A stretch of 43,310 nucleotides of DNA, taken from NCBI GenBank assembly GCA_964605435.1, contig CAZSDE010000001.1, positions 1 to 43,310 of the forward strand, given 5' to 3'. The notes under the pieces were generated by a model. It worked only from the letters and a program-made list of their open reading frames with translations. It ran no database searches and had not been told where the DNA came from. Origin of the DNA: an uncultured Akkermansia sp. (GTDB lineage Bacteria; Verrucomicrobiota; Verrucomicrobiia; Verrucomicrobiales; V1-33). This document shows positions 1 to 8,792 of the stretch, one piece after another (position 1 is the stretch's first letter; each line of letters begins with the position of its first letter). A program made the translations under genes and the position numbers.

Positions 1-627
1 TGCCAGATCATGGACTGGGCCGACGATACCGCATACTCGCTCAACGACATCGCCGATGGCATCAATGCCGGCTTCCTGACAATGGAATCGCTCGAACGCT
101 GGGGATCCTCGCAATCCCTCGGCAGCGAGGACGCAGATCACCTCGAACGCCTCCTCCGGAGCATCCGCGAACAGCGCGCCGAAGTCCGCCTCCGCAGCCG
201 CATCGGACGCTTCATCGATGCCGTTTCCCTGGCCCTCGATGTCAATTTCATGTCCCCGCACACCAACCGCTACCGCTACCGCCTCGAGATTGAGGACGCG
301 GCCCGCCGGGAAGCCAGGTTCTACAAGCGCATCGCCCTCCACCTCGTGTTCCGCAGCCGCCAGCTCCAGCAGCTGGAACACAAATGCGACCGCATGCTCA
401 CCACCCTCTTCGGCACGCTCGCGGACCGCTACATCACGAGTTCCTCTGCCCAGCAGTTCCGCCTCCTCAGCGAGGCCGAGGAAACCGCCCTCCAGGCAGC
501 TCCAGACGAAGCCTCCCGCGCCAGACTCGTCTGCGATGCCCTCTCCCGCATGACCGACGGTGCCGCCACGCGCACATGGCAACGCCTCTTCGATGCCGAC
601 TTCCGTTCCCTCACGGACTTCTCCTGA
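1..627 (+). CDS. dgt: dGTP triphosphohydrolase-like HD-domain protein, C-terminal part (5' end outside window)
   Basis: Frame 1 is open from base 1 (CQIMDWADDTAYSLNDIADG...). This matches the conserved MDWADD.AYS..D.EDG segment of Dgt-like proteins. Stop TGA at 625-627. Confidence 0.7.
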   Translation, partial: CQIMDWADDTAYSLNDIADGINAGFLTMESLERWGSSQSLGSEDADHLERLLRSIREQRAEVRLRSRIGRFIDAVSLALDVNFMSPHTNRYRYRLEIEDAARREARFYKRIALHLVFRSRQLQQLEHKCDRMLTTLFGTLADRYITSSSAQQFRLLSEAEETALQAAPDEASRARLVCDALSRMTDGAATRTWQRLFDADFRSLTDFS

Positions 628-643
628 ACTTCCGTTCCCTCAC
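599..643. repeat. 16-nt perfect direct repeat ACTTCCGTTCCCTCAC (599-614 and 628-643, period 29 nt)
   Basis: Read directly from the sequence. Copy 1 lies in the last codons of dgt. Copy 2 covers the 12-nt convergent spacer and the stop codon of the aldo/keto reductase gene. Confidence 0.9.
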
Positions 644-1683
644 AGCCTCCGCAGACCGTCCTCGGTCATCGGATTCGGAATGGCTTCATCAATCGCGTCA
701 ATCCGCGCAAGGGTCGCTGCATCCAGCACCAACTCCGCAGCCGCAAGGCTCTCCGCCAGTTGAGCCAGACTCGTCGCCCCCACCAGAGTGGAGGCCACAA
801 AATCATGCTGACGGCTCCATGCGAGCGCCAGCACGGTTACCGATACGCCAAGGTCTGCCGCAATCTCCTCCAGCAGCGCCACAGTCTCAAGGGTGCGCGG
901 ATTGACAAACCGCTGCGCCATCCGCTGCTGCCGGGATGCCTCGGACCGCAGATACGCCGTGAACCTCGCCCGCTCCGGCTGCATGCCCCGGGCATACTTG
1001 CCGGTCAGAACGCCCCCGCCCAGCGGCGAGTACGGCAGCAGCGAAACCCCTTCCCTCCGGCACACCTGCGCCAACTCACTCTCGCAGCGACGGTTTATCA
1101 GCGAAAAATTATTCTGCACACTGTCATACCGCACCAACCCCGCACGCTCACTCGCCCGCAGACTGTTCATCAGGCCCCAGCAAGTCTCGTTGCTGCACCC
1201 CACCACCCGCACCTTCCCACTCCGCACCAGCCCAGTCATCGCTTCCAGCGTCTCTTCCGCCCGCATCCCGTGATCCGGCCAGTGCGTCTGATACAGGTCC
1301 AGATAATCGGTCTGCAGCCGCCGCAGACTGTCTTCGCAGGCCCGCACAATCTGCCGGCGGTCCAATGCCGTCATGCCCCCGCGCACGGGCGGCCGGAACC
1401 ATCCATGCCCCGGCCCAGTCACTTTGCTCGCCAGAATCACCCGTTCCCGTCGCCCCCGCGACTTCATCCAACGACCTACGATCTCCTCGGTCCGCCCAAA
1501 GTGTTCCTCGTCCGGCGGCACCGGATACAGCTCCGCCGTGTCAAAGAAATCCACCCCGCACTCCACCGCATAATCCATCATCGCAAAGGACTCAGCCTCG
1601 TCCGTCTGCAGCCCAAACGTCATCGTTCCCAGCCCGATCTCACTCACCGTCAATCCACTGCGGCCAAGGCGTCTGTATTTCAT
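640..1683 (-). CDS. aldo/keto reductase family NAD(P)H oxidoreductase
   Basis: 347-aa ORF with ATG at 1683. The N-terminus MKYRRLGRSGLTVSEIGLGTMTFG is the classic AKR opening, and later AKR blocks are present (DTAELYP, GCSN). Confidence 0.85.
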   Translation of the reverse strand: MKYRRLGRSGLTVSEIGLGTMTFGLQTDEAESFAMMDYAVECGVDFFDTAELYPVPPDEEHFGRTEEIVGRWMKSRGRRERVILASKVTGPGHGWFRPPVRGGMTALDRRQIVRACEDSLRRLQTDYLDLYQTHWPDHGMRAEETLEAMTGLVRSGKVRVVGCSNETCWGLMNSLRASERAGLVRYDSVQNNFSLINRRCESELAQVCRREGVSLLPYSPLGGGVLTGKYARGMQPERARFTAYLRSEASRQQRMAQRFVNPRTLETVALLEEIAADLGVSVTVLALAWSRQHDFVASTLVGATSLAQLAESLAAAELVLDAATLARIDAIDEAIPNPMTEDGLRRL

Positions 1684-1696
1684 AAATAACTTATTA

Positions 1697-3589
1697 TCAG
1701 AGGGTTACATCGCAATCAGCCGCGGGCCGACCCCGTTCCAGCACAACCGTCAGAATCGCAATGTCCGCCGGCGTCACTCCCTGAATCCTCGCCGCCTGCC
1801 CGAGGGTCCGCGGCCGGATCGACCCCAGCTTCAGCTGCGCCTCCCGCTTCAATCCCCGGACCTCCCCATAATCCAGCCACCCCGGCAATTCCCGGTCCTC
1901 CATCCGCTGGGCCCGGTCCACCATCTCCTGCTGCCGCTCCAGATAGCCCGCGTACTTCACATCGACCTCCAGCAATTCCCAGACTTCCTCCGGAAAACGA
2001 CCCCGCAGCTCCTCCGGGAGCCGACCCCACGAATTCTCCGGACGCCGCATCCACTTCTCCAGCTTCAATCCATCAACCACCGCCTCCCGCGCAACCCGAT
2101 GCGCCGACGCCAGGGCTTCCGCTTTCTGCCGCACCCGCCCCGCCCTCTCCCCATCCACCAGCCCCAACGCCACCGCCTGCGGAGTCAGCCGCAGATCACA
2201 ATTGTCCTGCCGCAGCAGCAAGCGGTACTCGGCCCGACTCGTGAACATCCGGTACGGTTCCATGACGTCCTTCGTCACGAGGTCATCCACCATGACACCA
2301 AGATACGACTCCGACCGCTGCGGGACCCACGCGGCCCGACCCTGCACCTTCAGGGCCGCATTCATTCCCGCCAGCAAACCCTGACCGGCTGCCTCCTCGT
2401 ACCCGGAAGTCCCATTGATCTGCCCGGCGAAATACAGTCCCGAAACCCGCTTGGTCTCAAGGGTTGGATACAGCTGCGTCGGCGGACAGTAATCGTATTC
2501 CACCGCATACCCAGGACGGATGATCTCGGCCTGCGCAAGGCCCGGAACCGACCGGATGAAGGCATACTGCACTTCATAGGGCAGGGAAGTGGATACCCCG
2601 TTCACGTAGTACTCGTTGGTCTGCCGGCCCTCCGGTTCGAGGAACAACTGGTGCTGCGACTTCTCCGCGAAGCGCACCACTTTGTCCTCAATGCTCGGAC
2701 AATAGCGCGGTCCCACGCCCTCGATGATGCCGGCATACATGGGAGACTTGTCCAGATTCGCCCGGATCAGATCGTGCGTCGCGGGCGTTGTGTAGGTAAT
2801 CCAGCAGGGCATTTGTTCCACGTGGAACATCGGGTCGGACCAGCGGTTCAGGGTAAACGGATCGCGCTCATCTCCGCCCAGGGTGTTCCGCAGGTAACTG
2901 AAGGCGGGGGCCGGATCGTCCCCCAGTTGCCGATCGCACTTCCCGAAGTCAATGCTCCGGCCGTTCAACCGGCATGGCGTCCCGGTCTTGAAGCGCCGCA
3001 CTTCGAAGCCAAGCGACCGCAGACTGTCGGAAACCGTGGACACCGCATCCCCCATGCGTCCCCCTGCGGTGTTCCGCAGACCGACATGCAGCAGCCCCCG
3101 CATGAAGGTCCCGGCGCTCAGAACAATCGCCCGGGCTGCCAACCGCATCCCCAGATTGGTCCGCAGACCGCAGACCGCGTCGCCCTCGACCAGCAATTCC
3201 GCCACGTTCCCCTGGTGGAGATCCAGATTCGGAGTGTTCTCGAGCAGCCATTTCATCCGGAACTGATACGCCTTCTTGTCGGCCTGCGCCCGCGGAGCCC
3301 GCACGCTCGGTCCCTTGTTCGCATTGAGCATCCGGAACTGAATCCCCGTGGCATCGGTGTTCAATCCCATGAGACCACCAAGAGCGTCGATCTCCCGCAC
3401 AATGTTCCCCTTGGCCAATCCGCCAATCGCCGGATTGCAGGACATTTGGGAAAGAGTATCCAGATTCTGGGTCAGCAGTGCCACGGAACACCCAAGCCGG
3501 GCAGCCGCGGCGGCTGCCTCCACCCCGGCATGGCCGGCACCAACCACAAGGACATCGTAGGACTTCGGATACAGAAAATCGTTGGGCAT
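1697..3589 (-). CDS. mnmG: tRNA uridine 5-carboxymethylaminomethyl modification enzyme MnmG (GidA)
   Basis: [19 protein letters not shown]-binding fold followed by MnmG blocks throughout ([32 protein letters not shown]). I placed the start at the internal ATG 3589 ([17 protein letters not shown]), giving 630 aa. The longer ORF-track start at 3685 is created by the parS palindrome. Confidence 0.95.
   Translation of the reverse strand: MPNDFLYPKSYDVLVVGAGHAGVEAAAAAARLGCSVALLTQNLDTLSQMSCNPAIGGLAKGNIVREIDALGGLMGLNTDATGIQFRMLNANKGPSVRAPRAQADKKAYQFRMKWLLENTPNLDLHQGNVAELLVEGDAVCGLRTNLGMRLAARAIVLSAGTFMRGLLHVGLRNTAGGRMGDAVSTVSDSLRSLGFEVRRFKTGTPCRLNGRSIDFGKCDRQLGDDPAPAFSYLRNTLGGDERDPFTLNRWSDPMFHVEQMPCWITYTTPATHDLIRANLDKSPMYAGIIEGVGPRYCPSIEDKVVRFAEKSQHQLFLEPEGRQTNEYYVNGVSTSLPYEVQYAFIRSVPGLAQAEIIRPGYAVEYDYCPPTQLYPTLETKRVSGLYFAGQINGTSGYEEAAGQGLLAGMNAALKVQGRAAWVPQRSESYLGVMVDDLVTKDVMEPYRMFTSRAEYRLLLRQDNCDLRLTPQAVALGLVDGERAGRVRQKAEALASAHRVAREAVVDGLKLEKWMRRPENSWGRLPEELRGRFPEEVWELLEVDVKYAGYLERQQEMVDRAQRMEDRELPGWLDYGEVRGLKREAQLKLGSIRPRTLGQAARIQGVTPADIAILTVVLERGRPAADCDVTL
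2814..2829. other. parS-type ParB binding site, TGTTCCACGTGGAACA (perfect 16-bp palindrome), inside mnmG
   Basis: Exact palindrome read from the sequence. It matches 14/16 positions of the canonical parS tGTTTCACGTGAAACa, and both arms equal the TGTTCCAC half-site of the B. subtilis spo0J parS. Confidence 0.75.
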
Positions 3590-3668
3590 CGGAAACAAGG
3601 ATTTGCGGACGGGCCGGGAGCATGCCGCAGGCAGGCCACAAGGAAACCGGAAATCAGCGGTCAGCCTT

Positions 3669-3684
3669 TGTTCCACGTGGAACA
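3669..3684. other. parS-type ParB binding site, TGTTCCACGTGGAACA, intergenic upstream of mnmG
   Basis: Second identical copy of the 16-mer, 80 nt upstream of the mnmG ATG. Confidence 0.75.
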
Positions 3685-3729
3685 ATCGGGAACGGCACGA
3701 GCCAACGGCCGCGGCAGCAGGGCAGGGGA

Positions 3730-4569
3730 TCAGTCCCGGTCGAGAATGCCCGTACGACTCCGCGGCAGCAGCTCATCCACGGTGGATTCGAACACCTCAC
3801 CAGCGAGCGTCGCTAGGATCACCTTGAAGGATCCGAACTCGGCCATCACCTGACGGCAGGCACCACACGGCGAAACCGGCAAGCGCGTGTCCGCCACCAC
3901 CGCAATCGCTTCGAACTCCCGGCAGCCTGCCACCACAGCCTGCTGGATGGCATTCCGCTCAGCACAGATGGTCAATCCAAAGCTGAGATTCTCCACGTTG
4001 CAGCCCGGATAAACCTGCCAGCCCTTTCCCAGCAGAGCCGCCCCCACCCGGAACCCGGAGTACGGGGCGTAGGCCCGCAGGCGTGCTTCTTTGGCTGAGT
4101 CGATCAGACTCGCGAATGGATGGGAAATCCTTGGCCCTTCCCAACCCGACGCTTCCGGAGCGCGTGCCTCTCCTTCCGATGGATCGCTTGTTCCTTCGCG
4201 CGGAACGACTGGCAATGCGAGGTCCTCGGCATCTTCCTGCAGTTCCTTTCCGAAGGCCCCCACATACTGCAGTACCTTTCCCGCCTTGTCGGCCGACCAA
4301 CCGAAATGGTTGGCCACTCCCGCAGCATCGAACCCGCGCGATTCCGCCCAGCGCCAGACTTCGGCCATCAGAAGGGAACTTCCCTCGACACCGGCGCGAC
4401 GTCCCGCCCTCGTGTCCAGAAACGAAACCCCGGGAAAAAGACTCTGCCGTCTCGCTTCCTCCAGCAACCTCGCCGCCACCCCACTAAGGCTGCCGCGTCC
4501 CCGATGGAAGCGTTCCAACCATTCCCGGGTTTCCTGGGGCAAGCGCAGGCTGATCGGTTTTGAGTTCAT
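3730..4569 (-). CDS. cdd: cytidine deaminase (tetrameric Cdd type) fused to a ~150-aa N-terminal RHH-like/DUF433-like region
   Basis: The C-terminal ~130 aa carry the Cdd zinc motifs (CAERNAI and PCGACRQV) and [14 protein letters not shown]. The N-terminus begins [18 protein letters not shown]....[11 protein letters not shown], a ribbon-helix-helix-like pattern. There is no in-frame stop and no ATG/GTG between the two parts. ATG at 4569. Confidence 0.8.
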   Translation of the reverse strand: MNSKPISLRLPQETREWLERFHRGRGSLSGVAARLLEEARRQSLFPGVSFLDTRAGRRAGVEGSSLLMAEVWRWAESRGFDAAGVANHFGWSADKAGKVLQYVGAFGKELQEDAEDLALPVVPREGTSDPSEGEARAPEASGWEGPRISHPFASLIDSAKEARLRAYAPYSGFRVGAALLGKGWQVYPGCNVENLSFGLTICAERNAIQQAVVAGCREFEAIAVVADTRLPVSPCGACRQVMAEFGSFKVILATLAGEVFESTVDELLPRSRTGILDRD

Positions 4570-4577
4570 GAAATTAC

Positions 4578-4606
4578 AAAGTAATCAAAGTAGCCGAAGT
4601 AAACAA
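4578..4606 (-). promoter_or_regulatory. candidate sigma70-type promoter TTGTTT-17nt-TACTTT, ~8 nt before the cdd-fusion ATG (possible leaderless mRNA)
   Basis: AT-rich 50-nt spacer between the terminator and the ATG. It has no Shine-Dalgarno-like GGAG. Hexamers and spacing were read by eye only. Confidence 0.3.
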
Positions 4607-4619
4607 GCACAGAGACCAT

Positions 4620-4651
4620 AAAAAATCCCGACGGGCAAACACTCCGCCGGG
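4620..4651 (-). terminator. Rho-independent terminator after the CDP-alcohol phosphotransferase gene
   Basis: Minus strand reads CCCGGCGG-AGTGTTTGC-CCGTCGGG-ATTTTTTAT. That is an 8-bp GC-rich stem (one G-U pair), a 9-nt loop and a T6 run, starting 12 nt after the stop at 4664. Confidence 0.7.
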
Positions 4652-4663
4652 ACAGTCCCGTTC

Positions 4664-5395
4664 TCAGGCTTCTCTCTGCCTGAGTTCCCGGAAACTGTTG
4701 ACCGCATAGACCACCAGAAACAGGAAGCACAGACTCTGAAACCCCAGTATAAATTCCCAGTACATCCCAAGGGCCCAACTCAGGGCTATTCCGGTCCGAT
4801 AGGTGATGTCATCGATCACATTCCCCGCCAGGCGACGAACCCGCAGAAAAAACGATGGATTTCGCTGGTCTTCTTCGGTCCGGCGATCGATCTGCGGACT
4901 CAGACTGTCCTTCATCCAGATCAACCCTGTCAGGAGAACCCGTGGACTGAGCGACCACCACAGCAGAAATGGGTGCCACCCGGGAGGCAGCAGTCCGTCG
5001 GCTTTACCGAATGCGGCAATCCCAAGCACGCCGGGCACCACAAGGGATCCGGCAAGGTCGGCACATTTATCCATCAGGAAGCCGGACTGACTGGTCCGCC
5101 CGGTCGCCCGGGCAAGGACACCATCCGCACAGTCGAGGCCATATGCCAGATGAAGGGAACCAAAGAGAAGCACCCCATCGACCACCGGGGAAAACCCGCC
5201 GAAGGCCACGGTGAGCGCCCCGGCCAATCCGGAGAGAAAGGACAGCAGGGTGAGCGTCGCCGGCGACCAGCCCAGACGGTACGCCCCCAGCGCCAGCACG
5301 GCTCCCAGCCGGTACCCGCAATGCAGCGTCAGCCAGAAACTCTGCCGCCCCCGGAAGTGCCAGAAATCCCTGTAGCTCAACTGTCCGCCTTTCAT
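4664..5395 (-). CDS. CDP-alcohol phosphotransferase family membrane protein
   Basis: Perfect D-x2-D-G-x2-A-R-x8-G-x3-D-x3-D motif (DCADGVLARATGRTSQSGFLMDKCAD) with multiple hydrophobic helices. Start taken at ATG 5395 (MKGGQLSY), which forms an ATGA overlap with the upstream stop. Confidence 0.85.
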   Translation of the reverse strand: MKGGQLSYRDFWHFRGRQSFWLTLHCGYRLGAVLALGAYRLGWSPATLTLLSFLSGLAGALTVAFGGFSPVVDGVLLFGSLHLAYGLDCADGVLARATGRTSQSGFLMDKCADLAGSLVVPGVLGIAAFGKADGLLPPGWHPFLLWWSLSPRVLLTGLIWMKDSLSPQIDRRTEEDQRNPSFFLRVRRLAGNVIDDITYRTGIALSWALGMYWEFILGFQSLCFLFLVVYAVNSFRELRQREA

Positions 5396-6138
5396 GGTTG
5401 CTTCGTCGCGCCCCAATCGTCCGGAAACATCCGCAGGGCGGCTTCATAATCTTCCGGGAAATCAATCTCCCGCCACGGCCAGTCCCCCGTATCGAAAACG
5501 GACAGCACCAACTCTCCGTCATCCACCATTTCCTGCAGCGCTGCCTCCACAAAGCACTGGAATTCACCGCGGCCGAGAATCCGCTCAGTGGCCTCTCGCA
5601 GGCAGGGCAGGGTACTTGCCGAAAAGCGAGCCAGCCCAAGGAATTCCCCGGCGGCTTCGCCCGGCGGCATCGTCTTATTGAGACGGTCTACGCTCCCATC
5701 CGCCGCCAGCGTGTACTTCATTTCCTCCTCCCCACAGACCTTGCGGTCGACCGCAAGGACCGCTTCGCCTGCTTCCATGGCTGCCAGACCGGCCAGAATC
5801 TGCGGGGCGAACACGGTATCGGCATGAAGATAAAGAAAGTCCCCGCGCAGAAACGGCAGCGCACACCAGAACGACACCAGCACGTTGCTCGTGCGGTAGA
5901 ATGGATTGAAGACCTGGCGGATTCCGGAATCCGGGAAGTCGGCCGCAAAGCGCTCCCGCTGATGCCCGGTCACGAGGACGATTTCAGAAACCCCGACGTC
6001 CCGCAGGAGACGGATGTTCCGCTCCAGCAGGGTCTCCCCACCAAGCCGCAGGTACGACTTGGGAAGCCCACCGGAAGTTCCCGCAATCCGATTCCCCACT
6101 CCCGCCGCCAGTACGACTGCCTGCTTCGCCTGATTCAT
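5392..6138 (-). CDS. nucleotidyltransferase (LicC/IPCT-like, probable cytidylyltransferase)
   Basis: N-terminal VVLAAGVGNR...LPK P-loop of the NTP_transferase fold and a C-terminal W.EIDFPEDY motif typical of LicC/IPCT-like enzymes. ATGA overlaps with neighbours at both ends. Confidence 0.8.
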   Translation of the reverse strand: MNQAKQAVVLAAGVGNRIAGTSGGLPKSYLRLGGETLLERNIRLLRDVGVSEIVLVTGHQRERFAADFPDSGIRQVFNPFYRTSNVLVSFWCALPFLRGDFLYLHADTVFAPQILAGLAAMEAGEAVLAVDRKVCGEEEMKYTLAADGSVDRLNKTMPPGEAAGEFLGLARFSASTLPCLREATERILGRGEFQCFVEAALQEMVDDGELVLSVFDTGDWPWREIDFPEDYEAALRMFPDDWGATKQP

Positions 6139-7268
6139 TCTGGTTCCTCCATCGATTCAAGATAAAGACTGCTGAGGGCTTCCCGGGAATGATCGCAGGG
6201 ATCCACAGCCAGATTCCCCCGTACGCCGGCCACCAGTCCCGGAACATCACTGTCCTGCACACCTAGACTCCGCAGCCCCCGTGCCAAACCATGGCGCTTC
6301 ATCCATCCGATCAGCGCCTCCGCACCAGCTTCGGCACCATTCACCCCAAGGCACTGGCCAAGAAACCGGAATGGTTCCGGCTCCACCCGTGCAGCCCGCC
6401 GCAGCCACGCCGGATAAAGTGCCGCCAGGCCCGCCGGGTGCGAACGATCCGTCAGCGCACCCACGGGATACTGCAGCCGATGCGGCAGACACGTGGAACT
6501 GCAGGCCAGATTCCAACCCATGAGCGCACTGGCCAGCGCCAGCGCCCGCCGCGGCCCGGGAGCGCCGGAATCCGCCAGCCGCGCAGGCAATTCCCTCACC
6601 ACCACCGCCAGCGCATGACGTGCGTGAATTTCCACCAGCGCCGAACTCCGCCGCGAAACCCACGTCTCAAGGGCATGAGTGAGCACATCAAAGCCTGTTT
6701 CCGCCGCCGTCTCACGCGGCAGGGTCGCACTCAGTTCGGGATCAATCAGCGCCACCCGCGGAGCCAGCCCCGGCCCGCGCAGACCATGCTTCAGCCCCAT
6801 CCCGTCATCACTCAGAATCGCCGCCTCGCTGGTCTCGCTCCCGGTTCCCGCGGTCGTCGGAACGGCAATCACGGGCACGGTCCCGACCCCCACGGACTCG
6901 TCGCGCGCCAGCACACCAGCAACATCCACCCCCGCCAGCGCCGCCGCCACCGCCTTGGCCGCATCCAGCGCACTGCCACCACCCAGCCCAATCACCGCGC
7001 CCACTCCCTCCGACCGCCCCAACGCGGCCGCCGCCAGAACTTCCGCAAGGCGCGGATTCGGGGACACGCCCGCAAAAACCACACAGCGCCGCGGTGCTAC
7101 CGCCCGCGCAAGGCGCTCCACATACCCCTCCCGCACCGCACTCGTGCGCCCAGTCACCACCAGAAACGGCCCCGGAAATGGAATCAGTTCCCCACAGCGG
7201 TCAAGTAATCCATCGCCGCAATGCAGCCGCGTCTCGCTGCGGAACGAAAATGTCCACGGATCCATCAT
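6135..7268 (-). CDS. iron-containing (group III) alcohol dehydrogenase family protein
   Basis: GLGGGSALDAAKA and AVPTTAGTGSETS motifs. Start set at the ATGATG at 7268 (MMDPWTF), 5 nt after the upstream kinase stop. The longer ORF-track N-terminus is G/A-rich and overlaps the kinase gene. Confidence 0.85.
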   Translation of the reverse strand: MMDPWTFSFRSETRLHCGDGLLDRCGELIPFPGPFLVVTGRTSAVREGYVERLARAVAPRRCVVFAGVSPNPRLAEVLAAAALGRSEGVGAVIGLGGGSALDAAKAVAAALAGVDVAGVLARDESVGVGTVPVIAVPTTAGTGSETSEAAILSDDGMGLKHGLRGPGLAPRVALIDPELSATLPRETAAETGFDVLTHALETWVSRRSSALVEIHARHALAVVVRELPARLADSGAPGPRRALALASALMGWNLACSSTCLPHRLQYPVGALTDRSHPAGLAALYPAWLRRAARVEPEPFRFLGQCLGVNGAEAGAEALIGWMKRHGLARGLRSLGVQDSDVPGLVAGVRGNLAVDPCDHSREALSSLYLESMEEPE

Positions 7269-7273
7269 CACAG

Positions 7274-8779
7274 TCACAGATTGCTGACAACGGTTGCTGA
7301 GTCCGCAGGCAGCCGCGCCATCAAGTCCCGTCTTCTCGCGAACAATGGACGGCATGATGCATACAGCTCCTGCTGCAGCGCCATCAGTTCCCGGTACACC
7401 CCCGCAAGTCGCTCCCGGGGCCACACGGTTTCCCGGACCCGGATCAGGCCCGCGGCTTCTTCCGCCGAATCCAGCACCCCCAGCGCCAGCCAACTCAGAA
7501 TCGCGGCCCCCAGCGCCGTGCTCTCGAATTCCTCGTTCACCTCAACGGCCATGCCCAGCACATCCGCCTTCAACTGCGTCACCAGGGGAATGCGCGTCAA
7601 TCCCCCACTCAGCCGGATCCGCTCCACCGTACCCACCGCCGCCTGCAGCGGATCAAACAACGCCGCCGTGGCGAGCGCACATCCCTCCATGACCGCACGC
7701 GCCATCTCCCGCCGGCCATGCCGACGCTCCAGTCCAAAGAAGACTCCCCTCACTTCATCATCCCACAAGGGAGCCCGCTCGCCCATCAGATAGGGAAGAA
7801 AAACCAGTCCGCCCGCCGCCGCCCCGGCCGCCACCGCTTCCCGCTCCATCATCCCATACGCTTCCGTCTCCGCGCCATAAAATCCCTGGCGCAGCCACTC
7901 CACCAATCCCCCGCCCAGGTTGTTCGATCCCCCGACCAGATACCGTCCGGTCGCTCCCTCCCATTGACGCTGAATGCCCCCATCGACAGCACCAACCGAA
8001 GCCACGGCCACCCGCAGCGATGTCACCGTCCCGGAAACATCGCAGACCACCCCCTCCATCCCCCCACCAGTCCCAAAAACTCCGCAGACCGCATCGTAAC
8101 CAGTCACCACCACCGGAACCTCCCGCCCATCCATGCCCACCGCCTCCGCCACGGAAGCCTGTACCGTCCCTGCCACTGTCAGCATCGGAACCACCGGGGT
8201 GAGCCGATCCACACCGAGGCCCAGCGACTCCATCAACCCCTCCGGATATTTCCCGGCGTCGACATCGTAGCCAGCCTTGGCCGCATCCAGCGGATCGGTC
8301 ACCGCCCGCCCCGTCAACCGCCCCACCAGCCAGCCATTGCTCGTCAGAAACCTCCGCGCGGCCCGCCAGCGCTCCGGCTCATTCTCCTGCAGCCACCGCA
8401 ACCGCGGGGCCATCATCGATGCGTCCATCCGCCCAACCCAGCGCTCGCCCCGCCCCAGTTCCTCCGCCTCCCCGGCCGCCCGCTTGTCGGCCACCAGCAT
8501 CGCCCTCCCCAGAACTCCGCCCCGCTCATCCTCACACACCAGATTACAGGCCGATGTCGTCACCGTCACCGCCGACAATCCCCTGCGTGTCCCGTCCACC
8601 GCCATCGCTTCCCGGAACAGGATCACCGCCATCCGCCACCATTCCTCCGGATCCTGCCCCACCTTCTCCCCGTCAAGAAAGGTCTCCACCTCACGCGACG
8701 CCACAAATACCCGTTCCCCGAGACGGTCAAAAACAACCACCCGCAGACTCTTCAATCCAAGATTCAAAACCAGAATCAT
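7274..8779 (-). CDS. FGGY-family carbohydrate/polyol kinase
   Basis: 501 aa with FGGY N- and C-domain patterns (LGLKSLRVVVFD; FLPYLMGERAPLWDDEVRGVFFGL; RIRLSGGLTR...Q..AD). Substrate not identifiable by eye. Confidence 0.85.
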   Translation of the reverse strand: MILVLNLGLKSLRVVVFDRLGERVFVASREVETFLDGEKVGQDPEEWWRMAVILFREAMAVDGTRRGLSAVTVTTSACNLVCEDERGGVLGRAMLVADKRAAGEAEELGRGERWVGRMDASMMAPRLRWLQENEPERWRAARRFLTSNGWLVGRLTGRAVTDPLDAAKAGYDVDAGKYPEGLMESLGLGVDRLTPVVPMLTVAGTVQASVAEAVGMDGREVPVVVTGYDAVCGVFGTGGGMEGVVCDVSGTVTSLRVAVASVGAVDGGIQRQWEGATGRYLVGGSNNLGGGLVEWLRQGFYGAETEAYGMMEREAVAAGAAAGGLVFLPYLMGERAPLWDDEVRGVFFGLERRHGRREMARAVMEGCALATAALFDPLQAAVGTVERIRLSGGLTRIPLVTQLKADVLGMAVEVNEEFESTALGAAILSWLALGVLDSAEEAAGLIRVRETVWPRERLAGVYRELMALQQELYASCRPLFARRRDLMARLPADSATVVSNL

Positions 8780-8792
8780 CGCGTCTGCAGTG

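Noticed and set aside
3590-3685. N-terminal extension of mnmG ([12 protein letters not shown]...) in the ORF track.
   Set aside because: The extension is produced by the parS palindrome and has no MnmG homology. The internal ATG at 3589 gives the canonical start just before the FAD-binding GAGHAG motif and a normal 630-aa length.
2099-3853. Long plus-strand ORFs antisense to the minus-strand genes (for example 2099-3853, 7718-8950, 14574-15788, 17122-18870, 22040-23485, 24674-26248, 27528-29165), and same-strand out-of-frame ORFs.
   Set aside because: Their translations are Pro/Arg/His/Gln-rich low-complexity strings with no recognisable domains. Each fully overlaps a minus-strand ORF with strong family signatures. 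This is the expected shadow-ORF artefact in GC-rich DNA.
4083-4230. A stand-alone cdd starting inside the linker (TTG preceded by GAGGA, or ATT after GGAAGGG).
   Set aside because: I did not adopt this as the primary model because the upstream 150 codons are in the same frame with no stop, share codon style, and begin at a clean ATG. It cannot be excluded without protein data, so the fusion finding carries this caveat.
7269-7493. 75-aa Gly/Ala-rich N-terminal extension of the Fe-ADH ORF.
   Set aside because: It overlaps the 3' end of the FGGY kinase gene and is low-complexity. The ATGATG at 7268 lies 5 nt after the kinase stop and yields a typical ~378-aa Fe-ADH.
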